A program made the translations under genes and the position numbers. DNA of 64,000 bases from Pedobacter sp. (lineage in GTDB: Bacteria; Bacteroidota; Bacteroidia; Sphingobacteriales; Sphingobacteriaceae): NCBI RefSeq assembly GCF_031119335.1, contig NZ_JAVHXT010000011.1:102658-166657 (forward strand), read 5' to 3'. The notes below the pieces were generated by a model. It was given only the letters and a program-made list of their open reading frames with translations, was not told the DNA's origin and ran no database searches. Of the stretch, positions 27,273 through 35,793 are shown piece after piece; the stretch's first letter is position 1, and the number at the start of each line of letters is the position of its first letter.

Positions 27273-28292
27273 ATGAAACTTCTGAAAACGTTACAGCTTC
27301 ATAAATATTTCTTAGGCTTTATATTTTTGTTCGGCTATGCGCAATCTATACAAGGCCGCATTCTAGTAAGAAACACAGTTGATTTTTACACATTCACACC
27401 AGAAGCGGCAATAGGTACTTTCATAGAAAGTTGCATTGTCTTCTTCATTATAGCGAGCTTTTTAAAGCGCTTTCAAAGAAATAATGATTTGAGTTTTAAC
27501 TCGGTTGCAAAAGTTTTTGGGCTGTCGTTATTCTCGTATCTTTTGGTGGCAAATCTCTTTTCCGCATTAGTTGCAATCATTTTTAACACATGGGATCGAA
27601 ATTTTACTTTTAATGTTGTCGTAAATAATAATATTGGAAATGCCTTAGACGTATTTATATATGGCGGCTTTTTCATCGCCTATTTCTTTTATCAGAAAAA
27701 TAAACGTGATGCTCAGCAATTGATAAACTATAATAAGGCATTGGGCGATAGTAAAATTAACCAGTTGAAATCGCAGCTTAACCCGCATTTTTTGTTCAAC
27801 AACTTAAATGCGTTAGATCAGCTAATAGAAGAAGACAAGGGCAAAGCTTCAGATTTTCTGAATGATTTTGCAGAACTTTATCGTTATGTGCTTGACGTAT
27901 CAAACAAGCAATTAGTTCCTATAAAGGAAGAACTGGCCTTTGTACAATCCTATTTTCGAATTATGCAGTACAAATTTGGCAATGGATATCAGCTAGAAGT
28001 TGTTGTTCCAACAGCAGTTGATGGTTTTATTGCTCCGCTAGCGCTACAACTACTTGTCGAAAATGCCATAGAACATAACTTGGGCACAGCTGCAATACCT
28101 ATTAAAATTCGCATAGAAATTACAGCACAATTAAAAGTAACTAATAATATTGTTGCAAAAAAGAGTAAAAAGATAGGCGGTGGAAGGGCTTTGCGAAATT
28201 TGAACGAGCAATATTCATTATTAGCTGATCTACCTATAGAGATTAAGAAAACCGAAACCACCTTTGCTGCAAGTTTACCCATTATTAAATAG
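27273..28292 (+). CDS. LytS/YehU-type sensor histidine kinase (His_kinase + HATPase_c)
   Basis: N-terminal TM helices, then LKSQLNPHFLFNNLN (PF06580-type H box) and LVENAIEHN (N box). Confidence 0.85.
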   Translation: MKLLKTLQLHKYFLGFIFLFGYAQSIQGRILVRNTVDFYTFTPEAAIGTFIESCIVFFIIASFLKRFQRNNDLSFNSVAKVFGLSLFSYLLVANLFSALVAIIFNTWDRNFTFNVVVNNNIGNALDVFIYGGFFIAYFFYQKNKRDAQQLINYNKALGDSKINQLKSQLNPHFLFNNLNALDQLIEEDKGKASDFLNDFAELYRYVLDVSNKQLVPIKEELAFVQSYFRIMQYKFGNGYQLEVVVPTAVDGFIAPLALQLLVENAIEHNLGTAAIPIKIRIEITAQLKVTNNIVAKKSKKIGGGRALRNLNEQYSLLADLPIEIKKTETTFAASLPIIK

Positions 28293-28300
28293 AAAAGCCG

Positions 28301-29074
28301 ATGATTAAAGTTGTAATTATAGAAGACGAGGCGCCCGCGGTAAGGAAACTAAAGCGATTTTTGGAAGAATTGAATGAGCCGATAACCGTAGTGGCAGAGT
28401 TAACAACAGTAGAGGGTGCTGTAGCTTTTTTCAAGAATGGTAAAGCTGTTGATATTGTTTTTTCAGATATAGAATTAACGGATGGTAACGCTTTCGATAT
28501 TTATAAAGAAGTAATACCGAGCTGCCCAATTATATTTGCTACCGCTTACAATCAATTTTTGATGGATGCTTTTGAAAGTAATGGCATAGCCTATTTACTA
28601 AAGCCGTTTTCTTTTGATAGGTTTGAAAAAGCTTGGCAAAAATTTAAGCTACTTTATCAATCGAAGCCCGAACTGAATAATTCGATAATAGAAAAGTTGG
28701 GTGTGTTGTTGGGACAACCGCCTGCCCAAAGAAATTACCGAACCAGATTTTCTATCAATACAGCTACTGGCACGTATTTTTTAGAAACTAGTGATGTTGT
28801 TTTTTTTAATGCAGAAGAAGGTGTTGTTTTTGCGATAGATCATCAAGGTAAAAATCATCTATTAACACAAGCTACTTTGAAGCAGATAGAAGAAGAGGTA
28901 GACCCAAAACTGTTCTTTAGAATTAATAGAGCACAGCTTGTTCATAAAACTTATGTTGCAGGGATGGAACGCTATAATAAAAATACTTTGGCCATTAAGT
29001 TAAAAACTGGAGGCTCATCTTTAATTACCAGTCAAAGTACAACGTCCGCTTTTAAAGATTGGGTGGAGAAATGA
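28301..29074 (+). CDS. LytTR-family response regulator
   Basis: Receiver domain (VVIIEDE...SDIELTDGN...KP) plus a C-terminal LytTR DNA-binding domain (FFRINRAQLV). Confidence 0.9.
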   Translation: MIKVVIIEDEAPAVRKLKRFLEELNEPITVVAELTTVEGAVAFFKNGKAVDIVFSDIELTDGNAFDIYKEVIPSCPIIFATAYNQFLMDAFESNGIAYLLKPFSFDRFEKAWQKFKLLYQSKPELNNSIIEKLGVLLGQPPAQRNYRTRFSINTATGTYFLETSDVVFFNAEEGVVFAIDHQGKNHLLTQATLKQIEEEVDPKLFFRINRAQLVHKTYVAGMERYNKNTLAIKLKTGGSSLITSQSTTSAFKDWVEK

Positions 29075-29075
29075 G

Positions 29076-29642
29076 TTACTTCACCCTCTTCTTGTTATCA
29101 CTAACAAAAGCCTCCCAACCAGAATAAGATTTGCTTTTGCCGCCAGCAGTAGCAATTCTTTGGAAAGAATGACAAACCGCCACAGCCAAACCATCGGTAG
29201 CATCTAAAAATTCTGGAGTTTCCTTAAAGTTTAATAAGCGTTGCAACATTGCGGCAACTTGCTCTTTAGTTGCGGTTCCTTTTCCTGTAATAGATTGTTT
29301 AATTTTCCTCGGTGCATATTCCGATACTGGGATCTCTTTAGAAAGTGCAGCAGCCATGGCAATACCTTGTGCCCTTCCAAGTTTCAGCATTACCTGTATG
29401 TTTTTTCCGTAGAACGGAGCTTCAATTGCTAAAGCATCGGGTTTGTAGGTTTCTATCAAAACCATTGTCTTTTCGAAAATGCGTTGAAGTTTAAGGAAAT
29501 GGTCGTCTAGGTGATCCATACGAACGATGCCCAAAGTGATCAGCTCCATCTTACTGCCTTTCTCCAAAATTACGCCATACCCCATAATTGCAGTACCCGG
29601 ATCAATCCCTAAAATAACACGTTCCTTTTTTTCAGCTAGCAT
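29076..29642 (-). CDS. ruvC: Crossover junction endodeoxyribonuclease RuvC
   Basis: ILGIDPGT..GYG... and the conserved acidic residues. The start is placed at MLAEKK. It is convergent with the response regulator, with a 1-nt gap. Confidence 0.92.
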   Translation of the reverse strand: MLAEKKERVILGIDPGTAIMGYGVILEKGSKMELITLGIVRMDHLDDHFLKLQRIFEKTMVLIETYKPDALAIEAPFYGKNIQVMLKLGRAQGIAMAAALSKEIPVSEYAPRKIKQSITGKGTATKEQVAAMLQRLLNFKETPEFLDATDGLAVAVCHSFQRIATAGGKSKSYSGWEAFVSDNKKRVK

Positions 29643-29730
29643 AGCACAAAAATAGAACTTATTTACACATTCGGTGTTTTGTTTAAATTGTCTCTCCAAT
29701 ATTTAATCATTTAAGTTTATGCGTGTTTTT

Positions 29731-29748
29731 ACTTACTTTTGTGTAAGT
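29731..29748 (+). promoter_or_regulatory. Palindrome ACTTAC-TTTTGT-GTAAGT overlapping a -7 box (TACTTTTG, 29734-29741): candidate autoregulatory operator of the YoeB module
   Basis: Perfect 6-bp inverted arms bracket the TAnnTTTG motif, 20-38 nt upstream of the antitoxin ATG. Confidence 0.4.
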
Positions 29749-29768
29749 AGAATAAAAATAAAAAAGTC

Positions 29769-29993
29769 ATGACTACATTATCGTTTGAGATAGAACCATC
29801 AGAAGTTTCAAAGCTTAAAGCTGTACTGAAGGCATTGGGTGTGAAAAAAATCAAAATCCAGGAGGATAAAACTGAATTGACAAAAGATGAATTCTACGCA
29901 AAAATCGATAGTTCTCTCGAACAAAGCGAACAAGGGAAAGTTCATAAACTTACGCCTGAATTAAAAAAGGAACTTTTTAAAACTGTTTTATAA
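29769..29993 (+). CDS. Small antitoxin-like protein (LKALxVK-motif family), partner of the YoeB/Txe toxin
   Basis: 74 aa with the ...KLKAVLKALGVKKIKI motif. Its stop overlaps the toxin start (TAATG). Confidence 0.6.
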   Translation: MTTLSFEIEPSEVSKLKAVLKALGVKKIKIQEDKTELTKDEFYAKIDSSLEQSEQGKVHKLTPELKKELFKTVL

Positions 29994-30268
29994 TGTATGA
30001 CGTAGTTTTAACAGACAACGCCAAAAAAGACATTATAAAACTAGAAAAATCCGGCGATAAAAAATCATTAAAAAAATTGTTATCCCTTTTGGATGTTTTA
30101 GAAAATCACCCAGAAATAGGAACGGGTAAGCCTGAGCAACTTAAATATTTTGACGTGCCCACTTGGTCTAGACGAATATCGGATAAGCATAGACTGGTTT
30201 ATCAAATTAAAGAAAAGATAGTAACGATATTGGTGCTTTCAGCTTGGGGACACTATAACGATAAGTAA
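29993..30268 (+). CDS. yoeB: Type II toxin, Txe/YoeB family
   Basis: 91 aa. ...L...ENHPE.GTGKPEQLKY......WSRRIS.KHRLVYQI.......ILSAWGHY matches the YoeB signature. Confidence 0.85.
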   Translation: MYDVVLTDNAKKDIIKLEKSGDKKSLKKLLSLLDVLENHPEIGTGKPEQLKYFDVPTWSRRISDKHRLVYQIKEKIVTILVLSAWGHYNDK

Positions 30269-30269
30269 A

Positions 30270-31247
30270 TTGACATCCAGTTATAAAAAAATACTAGCCA
30301 CATTTATCAAAGTAGCCGTTGTGGCTTTTGCTTTTTGGTTCATTTACAATAAGCTCACTAAACATAACGACCTTAAAGAGTTTGTAAAGTTATTAAAAGC
30401 TATTCCAGAACAACAAATTTGGTTGGTGTTAGGAAGTGTCTTTTTGCTAATGCTTTTTAACTGGGGTTTAGAGGCGGTGAAATGGAAACAGCTCATCGAG
30501 AGGGTAGAGCAGATCAGTTTGTGGCGAGCAGTAGAATCCGTTTTTTGCGGCTTAACTTGGGCAGTTTTTACGCCAAATCGTCTAGGCGAATACGGTGGTC
30601 GGGTATTCTTTCTATCTCCCAAAAGAAGAATAATTGGCGTAGTAGCTATGACGGTGGGCAATATTGGTCAGTTAGTGCTAACCAACGTATTTGGCGCCAT
30701 TGCAGTGTGTGTTTTCGTACATCGTTTCATTCCCTTAGAACCTATCATTTTTGCGGCAGTATGCGGATTGGCAGCTGTATTCGCATTGTTTTTTCTGATA
30801 TTCTATTTCAACATTAAATGGTTAAATGGTTTGCTGCTTTCTATTCGGTTTACCAGAAAATACAAGAAATTTTATTCGGTATTGGCCCGATATCAAAAGA
30901 AAGAACTGCTTCAAATTTTACTATTTTGCCTAGCACGCTACGCCGTATTTACAACACAGTACATCATCATGTTTCTGTGGCTAATTCCAAATTTGAGCGC
31001 TGCAGATATCATCATGTTAGTGCCTATTTTGTTCTTTGTACAATCTACATTGCCATCTTTAGATTTGCTGGATATCGGCATTAGAAGTATAACCGCTTTA
31101 TTTTTCTTCAAGTATATAACAACACAAAATACAGCGGTTGTGGCATGTATTGCGAGTATTTGGCTCATCAATATCATAATTCCTGCTATCTTAGGCTCAT
31201 ATTTCGTTTTTAAACTCAATATCTTTGGAAATACTCGACGCGATTAA
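30270..31247 (+). CDS. Flippase-like membrane protein (UPF0104 / lysylphosphatidylglycerol-synthase TM-region family)
   Basis: 325 aa with about 8 TM helices and an N-terminal KKxL..xxKxxV pattern. Apparent TTG start 1 nt after the yoeB stop. Family assignment is moderate. Confidence 0.65.
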   Translation: MTSSYKKILATFIKVAVVAFAFWFIYNKLTKHNDLKEFVKLLKAIPEQQIWLVLGSVFLLMLFNWGLEAVKWKQLIERVEQISLWRAVESVFCGLTWAVFTPNRLGEYGGRVFFLSPKRRIIGVVAMTVGNIGQLVLTNVFGAIAVCVFVHRFIPLEPIIFAAVCGLAAVFALFFLIFYFNIKWLNGLLLSIRFTRKYKKFYSVLARYQKKELLQILLFCLARYAVFTTQYIIMFLWLIPNLSAADIIMLVPILFFVQSTLPSLDLLDIGIRSITALFFFKYITTQNTAVVACIASIWLINIIIPAILGSYFVFKLNIFGNTRRD

Positions 31248-32358
31248 TTATTTCTCCGCTTTTCTAACCCTCATCTATGTGTTTGTGGTCATCACTTTCA
31301 TTATTGGGTGGATTAGGATTAAACCGTACTTAAAAAGCTCGAAACAACCAGTTACGATGGTTTCAATTATCATCGCAGCTCGCAACGAAGAAGATAAAAT
31401 TGCCAAAACCATTGACGATGTACTGGCACAAAGTTACCCCAAAGAATTGTTCGAAGTCATCATTATCGACGACCATTCTACCGACCGCACCGCAGAGATT
31501 GTGAAGTCTTATGAAAGTATCCATCTCATACAGCTTAACGAAGCTAAAGCACTCAACTCTTACAAAAAAATGGCTATCCAAACAGCAATTGGACAAGCCA
31601 AAGGCGATTTAATTATTACTACAGATGCCGATTGTAGAATGGGAGCAGGTTGGCTGGCAACCATCGTTAATTACTATGAAGCTACGGGTTGCAAAATGAT
31701 TTCATCCCCTGTGGCATATTTTGAAGAAAAAAGCTTTTTTGAACGTGCACAAGCCCTAGAGTTTGCCTATTTGATTGGTTTGGGAGCATCAACCATCGGC
31801 AACAAAAATCCTAGCACCTGCAACGGCGCAAACTTGGCTTACGAGAAAAAAGCGTTCTTCGAGGTTGGTGGTTTTAAAGGGATTGATGACTTGGCCTCTG
31901 GTGACGATGAGTTGCTGTTGCACAAAATGTCGGCTATTTACGGCGATAAAATTGGCTTCCTTAAAAATAAGGATGCCGTAGTTTACACCCATGCAAAAGA
32001 AACCCTTGGCGAGTTTATTCAGCAGCGTCGGCGTTGGGCTTCAAAAAGTACTCGCTACAAAGATAAATCGGTTATTATTTTAGGCGTTAGTGTTTGGTTG
32101 TTTAATCTCAGCATTATCATTAATGCATTACTTGCTATCTTTTTTCCAGCCAGCACTTTACCTTTCTTAATTTTCCAGTTGGCAGCAAAACTATTGGTAG
32201 AGTTTATTTTCCTCAATAACATGATGAATTTCTTTAAAAGAAAAGCTTTGTTATGGTGGTTGCCAATTTTAAATGTTTTGCATATCATCTACATTGTTTA
32301 TATTGGCATTGCTGGAAATTCGGGTAAATATAATTGGAAAGGCCGAATGGTAAAATAA
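31225..32358 (+). CDS. Membrane-bound family 2 glycosyltransferase with D,D,D,QxxRW signature
   Basis: VSIIIAARNEE, IIIDDHSTD, TDADC and QQRRRW motifs, flanked by TM helices. Apparent TTG start overlaps the upstream gene by 23 nt. Confidence 0.85.
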   Translation: MEILDAINYFSAFLTLIYVFVVITFIIGWIRIKPYLKSSKQPVTMVSIIIAARNEEDKIAKTIDDVLAQSYPKELFEVIIIDDHSTDRTAEIVKSYESIHLIQLNEAKALNSYKKMAIQTAIGQAKGDLIITTDADCRMGAGWLATIVNYYEATGCKMISSPVAYFEEKSFFERAQALEFAYLIGLGASTIGNKNPSTCNGANLAYEKKAFFEVGGFKGIDDLASGDDELLLHKMSAIYGDKIGFLKNKDAVVYTHAKETLGEFIQQRRRWASKSTRYKDKSVIILGVSVWLFNLSIIINALLAIFFPASTLPFLIFQLAAKLLVEFIFLNNMMNFFKRKALLWWLPILNVLHIIYIVYIGIAGNSGKYNWKGRMVK

Positions 32359-32359
32359 C

Positions 32360-33505
32360 ATGGCAAATACTACACAATCTGCTAAGGTTTGGAAAAAGTT
32401 TAAACGAAATACGCTCGCTCTAATTGGCCTTATTTTTATAGTTTTAATGGTAGTAATTGGTGCGTTGGGTTACTTGATAACGCCAGACCAAACACCTTAT
32501 GCCAACACGCAACAACTACAAATTGGTAAGGAAAAACCTGGCAGCAAATTTAAATTTTTAATTGTTCAGCGATACAGTAGCGTAAAAGACGTAGGTTTTT
32601 TTGAAAAGATGTTGTATGGCCAGCCAGCAAAATTTAAAAGCGTACCAATTACTTCGTATAAAATTGTGAACGATGAAGTTCATGCTTACGAGTACATTGG
32701 CGAAGAAAAAAATACCACTCCCACAGTTTATAAATTGAAAGAACTTTGCCACAGTTGTACGCTACCAAGCAAACTAGGCAATACGCAAATGCTCTTCGAA
32801 CAAAAGAATATCTACGAACAAAAATTTTGGCTAGGCACAGATATTTACGGTAGAGATTTACTCAGCCGGTTAATTCTCGGTATAAGGGTGTCGCTTTCTG
32901 TTGGTTTAATGGCAGTACTTATTTCCATGTTTATTGGCGTAGGTTTGGGTGCCATTGCAGGTTTTTTCGGAGGTAAAATAGACGCCGCTATCAGTTGGTT
33001 TATGAACGTGATTTGGTCACTGCCTTCGTTACTTTTGGTTATCGCTATTTCGTTTGCCTTAGGAAAAGGTTTTTGGCAAATTTTCATCGCTGTAGGCTTA
33101 TCTACTTGGGTAGATGTTGCCCGTTTGGTACGTGGACAGGTAATGGCCTTAAAGCAAGTAGAATTTGTAGAAGCCGCCAAAGCACTAGGTTTTTCTAATA
33201 GCAGAACCATCATTAAACATATTTTGCCCAACATCGCCGGACCAATTTTGGTGGTAGGCTCGGCCAATTTTGCCTCAGCAATTTTGTTAGAAACTGGCTT
33301 AAGTTTCTTAGGTTTCGGTGCGCAACCGCCCATGCCAAGCTGGGGCACCATGATTAAAGAACATTACGGCTACATCATTATGGACGCCGCTTATTTGGCC
33401 ATGTTACCAGGTTTGGCCATCATGCTCACGGTTTATGCCTTCAATTTAATTGCCATTGGCTTACGCGATGCCTTTGATGTAAAAGGGCAGAATGTAAGCG
33501 TTTAA
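32360..33505 (+). CDS. ABC transporter permease (DppC/OppC-like, binding-protein-dependent family), no partner genes nearby
   Basis: N-terminal TM plus a large loop, then a permease core with the EAA-like motif (VEFVEAAKALGFSNSRTIIKHILPN). It starts 2 nt after the GT2 stop. Confidence 0.85.
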   Translation: MANTTQSAKVWKKFKRNTLALIGLIFIVLMVVIGALGYLITPDQTPYANTQQLQIGKEKPGSKFKFLIVQRYSSVKDVGFFEKMLYGQPAKFKSVPITSYKIVNDEVHAYEYIGEEKNTTPTVYKLKELCHSCTLPSKLGNTQMLFEQKNIYEQKFWLGTDIYGRDLLSRLILGIRVSLSVGLMAVLISMFIGVGLGAIAGFFGGKIDAAISWFMNVIWSLPSLLLVIAISFALGKGFWQIFIAVGLSTWVDVARLVRGQVMALKQVEFVEAAKALGFSNSRTIIKHILPNIAGPILVVGSANFASAILLETGLSFLGFGAQPPMPSWGTMIKEHYGYIIMDAAYLAMLPGLAIMLTVYAFNLIAIGLRDAFDVKGQNVSV

Positions 33506-33528
33506 AATTATTTGAAAAGTAGTTACAG

Positions 33529-33600
33529 TGCTAATCGGAACCGAAAGTCCCGCTTTACGCTATTCCCGATGAAAAATCGGGATCCGCTTCAATCGGGTTT
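33529..33600. repeat. Family F repeat (..GTAAAGCGGGA.. / ATCCCGATTTTTCATCGGGAAT hairpin / ..CCGCTTCAATCGGGTTT); coordinates approximate
   Basis: Shares its ends and hairpin with copies near 2109-2190, 35023-35089, 57880-57955 and 59731-59800. Confidence 0.75.
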
Positions 33601-33690
33601 TAAATGCAAAGCTTTTGCTAAAATCTATGTCTAAACACACAACATGAAGTACAACATACCTTAGTTACAGCTTTGGCGTCCTCCCCACAA

Positions 33691-34821
33691 TTAAGTAATA
33701 AAATCTAAATAGTTATCCTGATCTATTACTTCAAAATTGGCATTAGGGTAAGCTTTTGCAAACTCACTAGGGATTTTCGTTTTTTGGTTTTGCCATTTAT
33801 ATTCAAAAGCCGATAATTTATCGTTGGCTTCTTCAATACGGTCTATCTCTTGTTTGTTGTGGGTACGCCAAAAGTAATCTAAAACGTGTTTTTCTTTGTA
33901 ATGAAGCAATTTTATTCGTTCGCTATTCAAATAGTTTTCCCATAGTTTGCCAACATCGTCACGCATATTTAACGGATTAAACGAATTGATAATGGCGTTA
34001 CGGATGCCATTGTCTACAAAATACCACTTTTTCATCTTGGTAATTTCGTTATCACGGTTGCGGCTAAAACCACTCACACTATAGATGATGAAGACCTTGC
34101 TAAACAGGTCGAGGTATTTTTCTACCGTGTTTTTACTAATTTGCAAATCTCTGCCCACGCTTTCTAAAGATATTTCACTACCAGTTCTAAAAGCAATCAT
34201 TTGTAATAGCGCAATAATTTTATCTCGTTTTTTAATGCCTTCAAAAGCTAAAATATCTCTTAATAATTGATTGTGGGCAAGTTCTTTTAAGTAGCTTATT
34301 TTGTCTTCTCTATTGATGATACTGCTTAGTTCTGGATATGAGCCAAAAATGAGCCTTTCTTCTAAATTGCTTTTGGTTTCTAAGTAGTTTTCCTTTTCAG
34401 AAAATTCTAATTGCGCAATAGGATAAAGATGAAGGGTACTCATACGGCCAACTAGGGGCTCGCCAACTTGGTTGTTTATTTCAAATGCCGATGAACCTGT
34501 AATCAGTATTTTTATACCAGGTATGGTATCTACCATTAGCTTTAGCTTTTTTCCAATATTGGGTATTTCTTGAGCTTCATCTATAATGAGTAATTGTGTA
34601 TCGCCAAGTAAACGCTTAAAGTTTGCAGTGCTTTGTGTAGCTAGTAGGTTATGAGTTTCAATATCATCACCATTAAGCAATAGCTGTTTGTCGTTACTGT
34701 TTTTTGAAATGTAACTAATCAATTCTGTTTTGCCAACACGGCGAGCACCTAAAATAGCCACTACTTTATTGGGCTTCAATTTCTTGAAAATTGTTTTTTC
34801 TAGCGCTCTAGGTATTTCCAT
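33691..34821 (-). CDS. AAA-family ATPase with C-terminal DUF4143 domain
   Basis: Walker A GARRVGKT and Walker B LLIIDEAQ. The C-terminal region (..YFWRT....EIDRIEE) is typical of the DUF4143 ATP-binding protein family. Confidence 0.85.
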   Translation of the reverse strand: MEIPRALEKTIFKKLKPNKVVAILGARRVGKTELISYISKNSNDKQLLLNGDDIETHNLLATQSTANFKRLLGDTQLLIIDEAQEIPNIGKKLKLMVDTIPGIKILITGSSAFEINNQVGEPLVGRMSTLHLYPIAQLEFSEKENYLETKSNLEERLIFGSYPELSSIINREDKISYLKELAHNQLLRDILAFEGIKKRDKIIALLQMIAFRTGSEISLESVGRDLQISKNTVEKYLDLFSKVFIIYSVSGFSRNRDNEITKMKKWYFVDNGIRNAIINSFNPLNMRDDVGKLWENYLNSERIKLLHYKEKHVLDYFWRTHNKQEIDRIEEANDKLSAFEYKWQNQKTKIPSEFAKAYPNANFEVIDQDNYLDFIT

Positions 34822-34843
34822 ATTACAAATATATCATATAATT

Positions 34844-34939
34844 TATTATTTCCGTTAGTTTATTGACGGTATTTTTATTATTTCCGTCATTTAGTTGACG
34901 GTATTTTTATTATTTCCGTCATTTTGTCGTTTTAACGGT
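34844..34939. repeat. Three tandem 32-bp units, each with a CCGT(C/T)A-N6-TGACGG palindrome, in the promoter region of the ATPase gene
   Basis: The units are TATTATTTCCGTTAGTTTATTGACGGTATTTT, TATTATTTCCGTCATTTAGTTGACGGTATTTT and TATTATTTCCGTCATTTTGTCGTTTTAACGGT. The array starts 23 nt upstream of the ATG at 34821. Confidence 0.75.
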
Positions 34940-35022
34940 TGAGGTGTTTACTCTATAATGCGGTGGTAAATTTGCAAGGGATATGGTAACACCTTTAAAG
35001 AAAGCATACGTCTTTGCCATTC

Positions 35023-35089
35023 AAACCCGATTGAAACGGCAGCCCCAAGAGAGTGTTAACGAACGAGGGCTACAGTGTAAAGCGGGATT
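35023..35089. repeat. Family F repeat, inverted relative to the 33529-33600 copy
   Basis: AAACCCGATTGAAACGG ... GTAAAGCGGGATT. The ends match the reverse complement of 33529-33600 and the central hairpin differs. Confidence 0.7.
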
Positions 35090-35175
35090 AACTTTTTTTA
35101 ACATCACTACCATTGCTTTTCAAAAAACTAAAATTATAATTTTCATCACTATTGCGAGTAAGACTTTAGAAGTGC

Positions 35176-35183
35176 TATTTTTG
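35176..35183 (+). promoter_or_regulatory. Candidate -7 box (TATTTTTG) 4 nt upstream of the rnhB ATG
   Basis: Matches the TAnnTTTG consensus. Confidence 0.35.
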
Positions 35184-35187
35184 TAAT

Positions 35188-35793
35188 ATGCTGTTAAATT
35201 GTTATCAAATAGAACTCATTGAAGCTGGTTGCGACGAAGCTGGACGTGGCTGCTTAGCTGGTCCGGTAGTAGCAGCAGCAGTAATTTTACCCAAAGATTT
35301 CTATTTGGAAGGCTTAACAGACTCGAAACAATTAACACACAAACAACGCGACGAACTGCGTCCAATTATAGAAAAAGAAGCTTTAGCTTGGGCAGTTGCC
35401 ATGGTAGACCATGAAGAAATTGACAGAATTAATATTCTTAATGCTTCGTTTTTGGCTATGCACAGAGCACTAGACCAACTGTTACTTAGACCAGAATACT
35501 TGGTGATTGATGGTAATAGGTTTAAGGCCTATCAGGATGTGAAACATGCTTGCATTGTAAAAGGCGATGGTAAATACCTCAACATCGCGGCAGCTTCTAT
35601 TTTAGCAAAAACACATCGCGACGAGTATATGGCAAACTTAGATATCGATTTTCCAGCTTACGATTGGAAAAAAAACAAAGGATATCCAACTATTGCACAC
35701 CGAAATGCCGTTATCAATGTAGGTTTATCTCCCTACCACCGAAAAACATTTAATGTCAGAGATCCGCAACTAATTCTACCATTCGAAACGTGA
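35188..35793 (+). CDS. rnhB: Ribonuclease HII
   Basis: [15 protein letters not shown] catalytic motif and DSK; 201 aa. Confidence 0.95.
   Translation: MLLNCYQIELIEAGCDEAGRGCLAGPVVAAAVILPKDFYLEGLTDSKQLTHKQRDELRPIIEKEALAWAVAMVDHEEIDRINILNASFLAMHRALDQLLLRPEYLVIDGNRFKAYQDVKHACIVKGDGKYLNIAAASILAKTHRDEYMANLDIDFPAYDWKKNKGYPTIAHRNAVINVGLSPYHRKTFNVRDPQLILPFET

Noticed and set aside
34844-34939. The tandem 32-bp repeats as a miniature CRISPR array
   Set aside because: There are only three directly abutting units with no unique spacers between them, the third unit is half-decayed, and there are no cas genes in the window. The array lies in a promoter region, which fits operator or iteron repeats better.
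34983-35186. 67-aa ORF upstream of rnhB; similar small ORFs at 55116-55307 and 56551-56817
   Set aside because: These ORFs overlap family F/E repeats or promoter regions. They have no start context or recognisable features, and their composition is typical of intergenic sequence.
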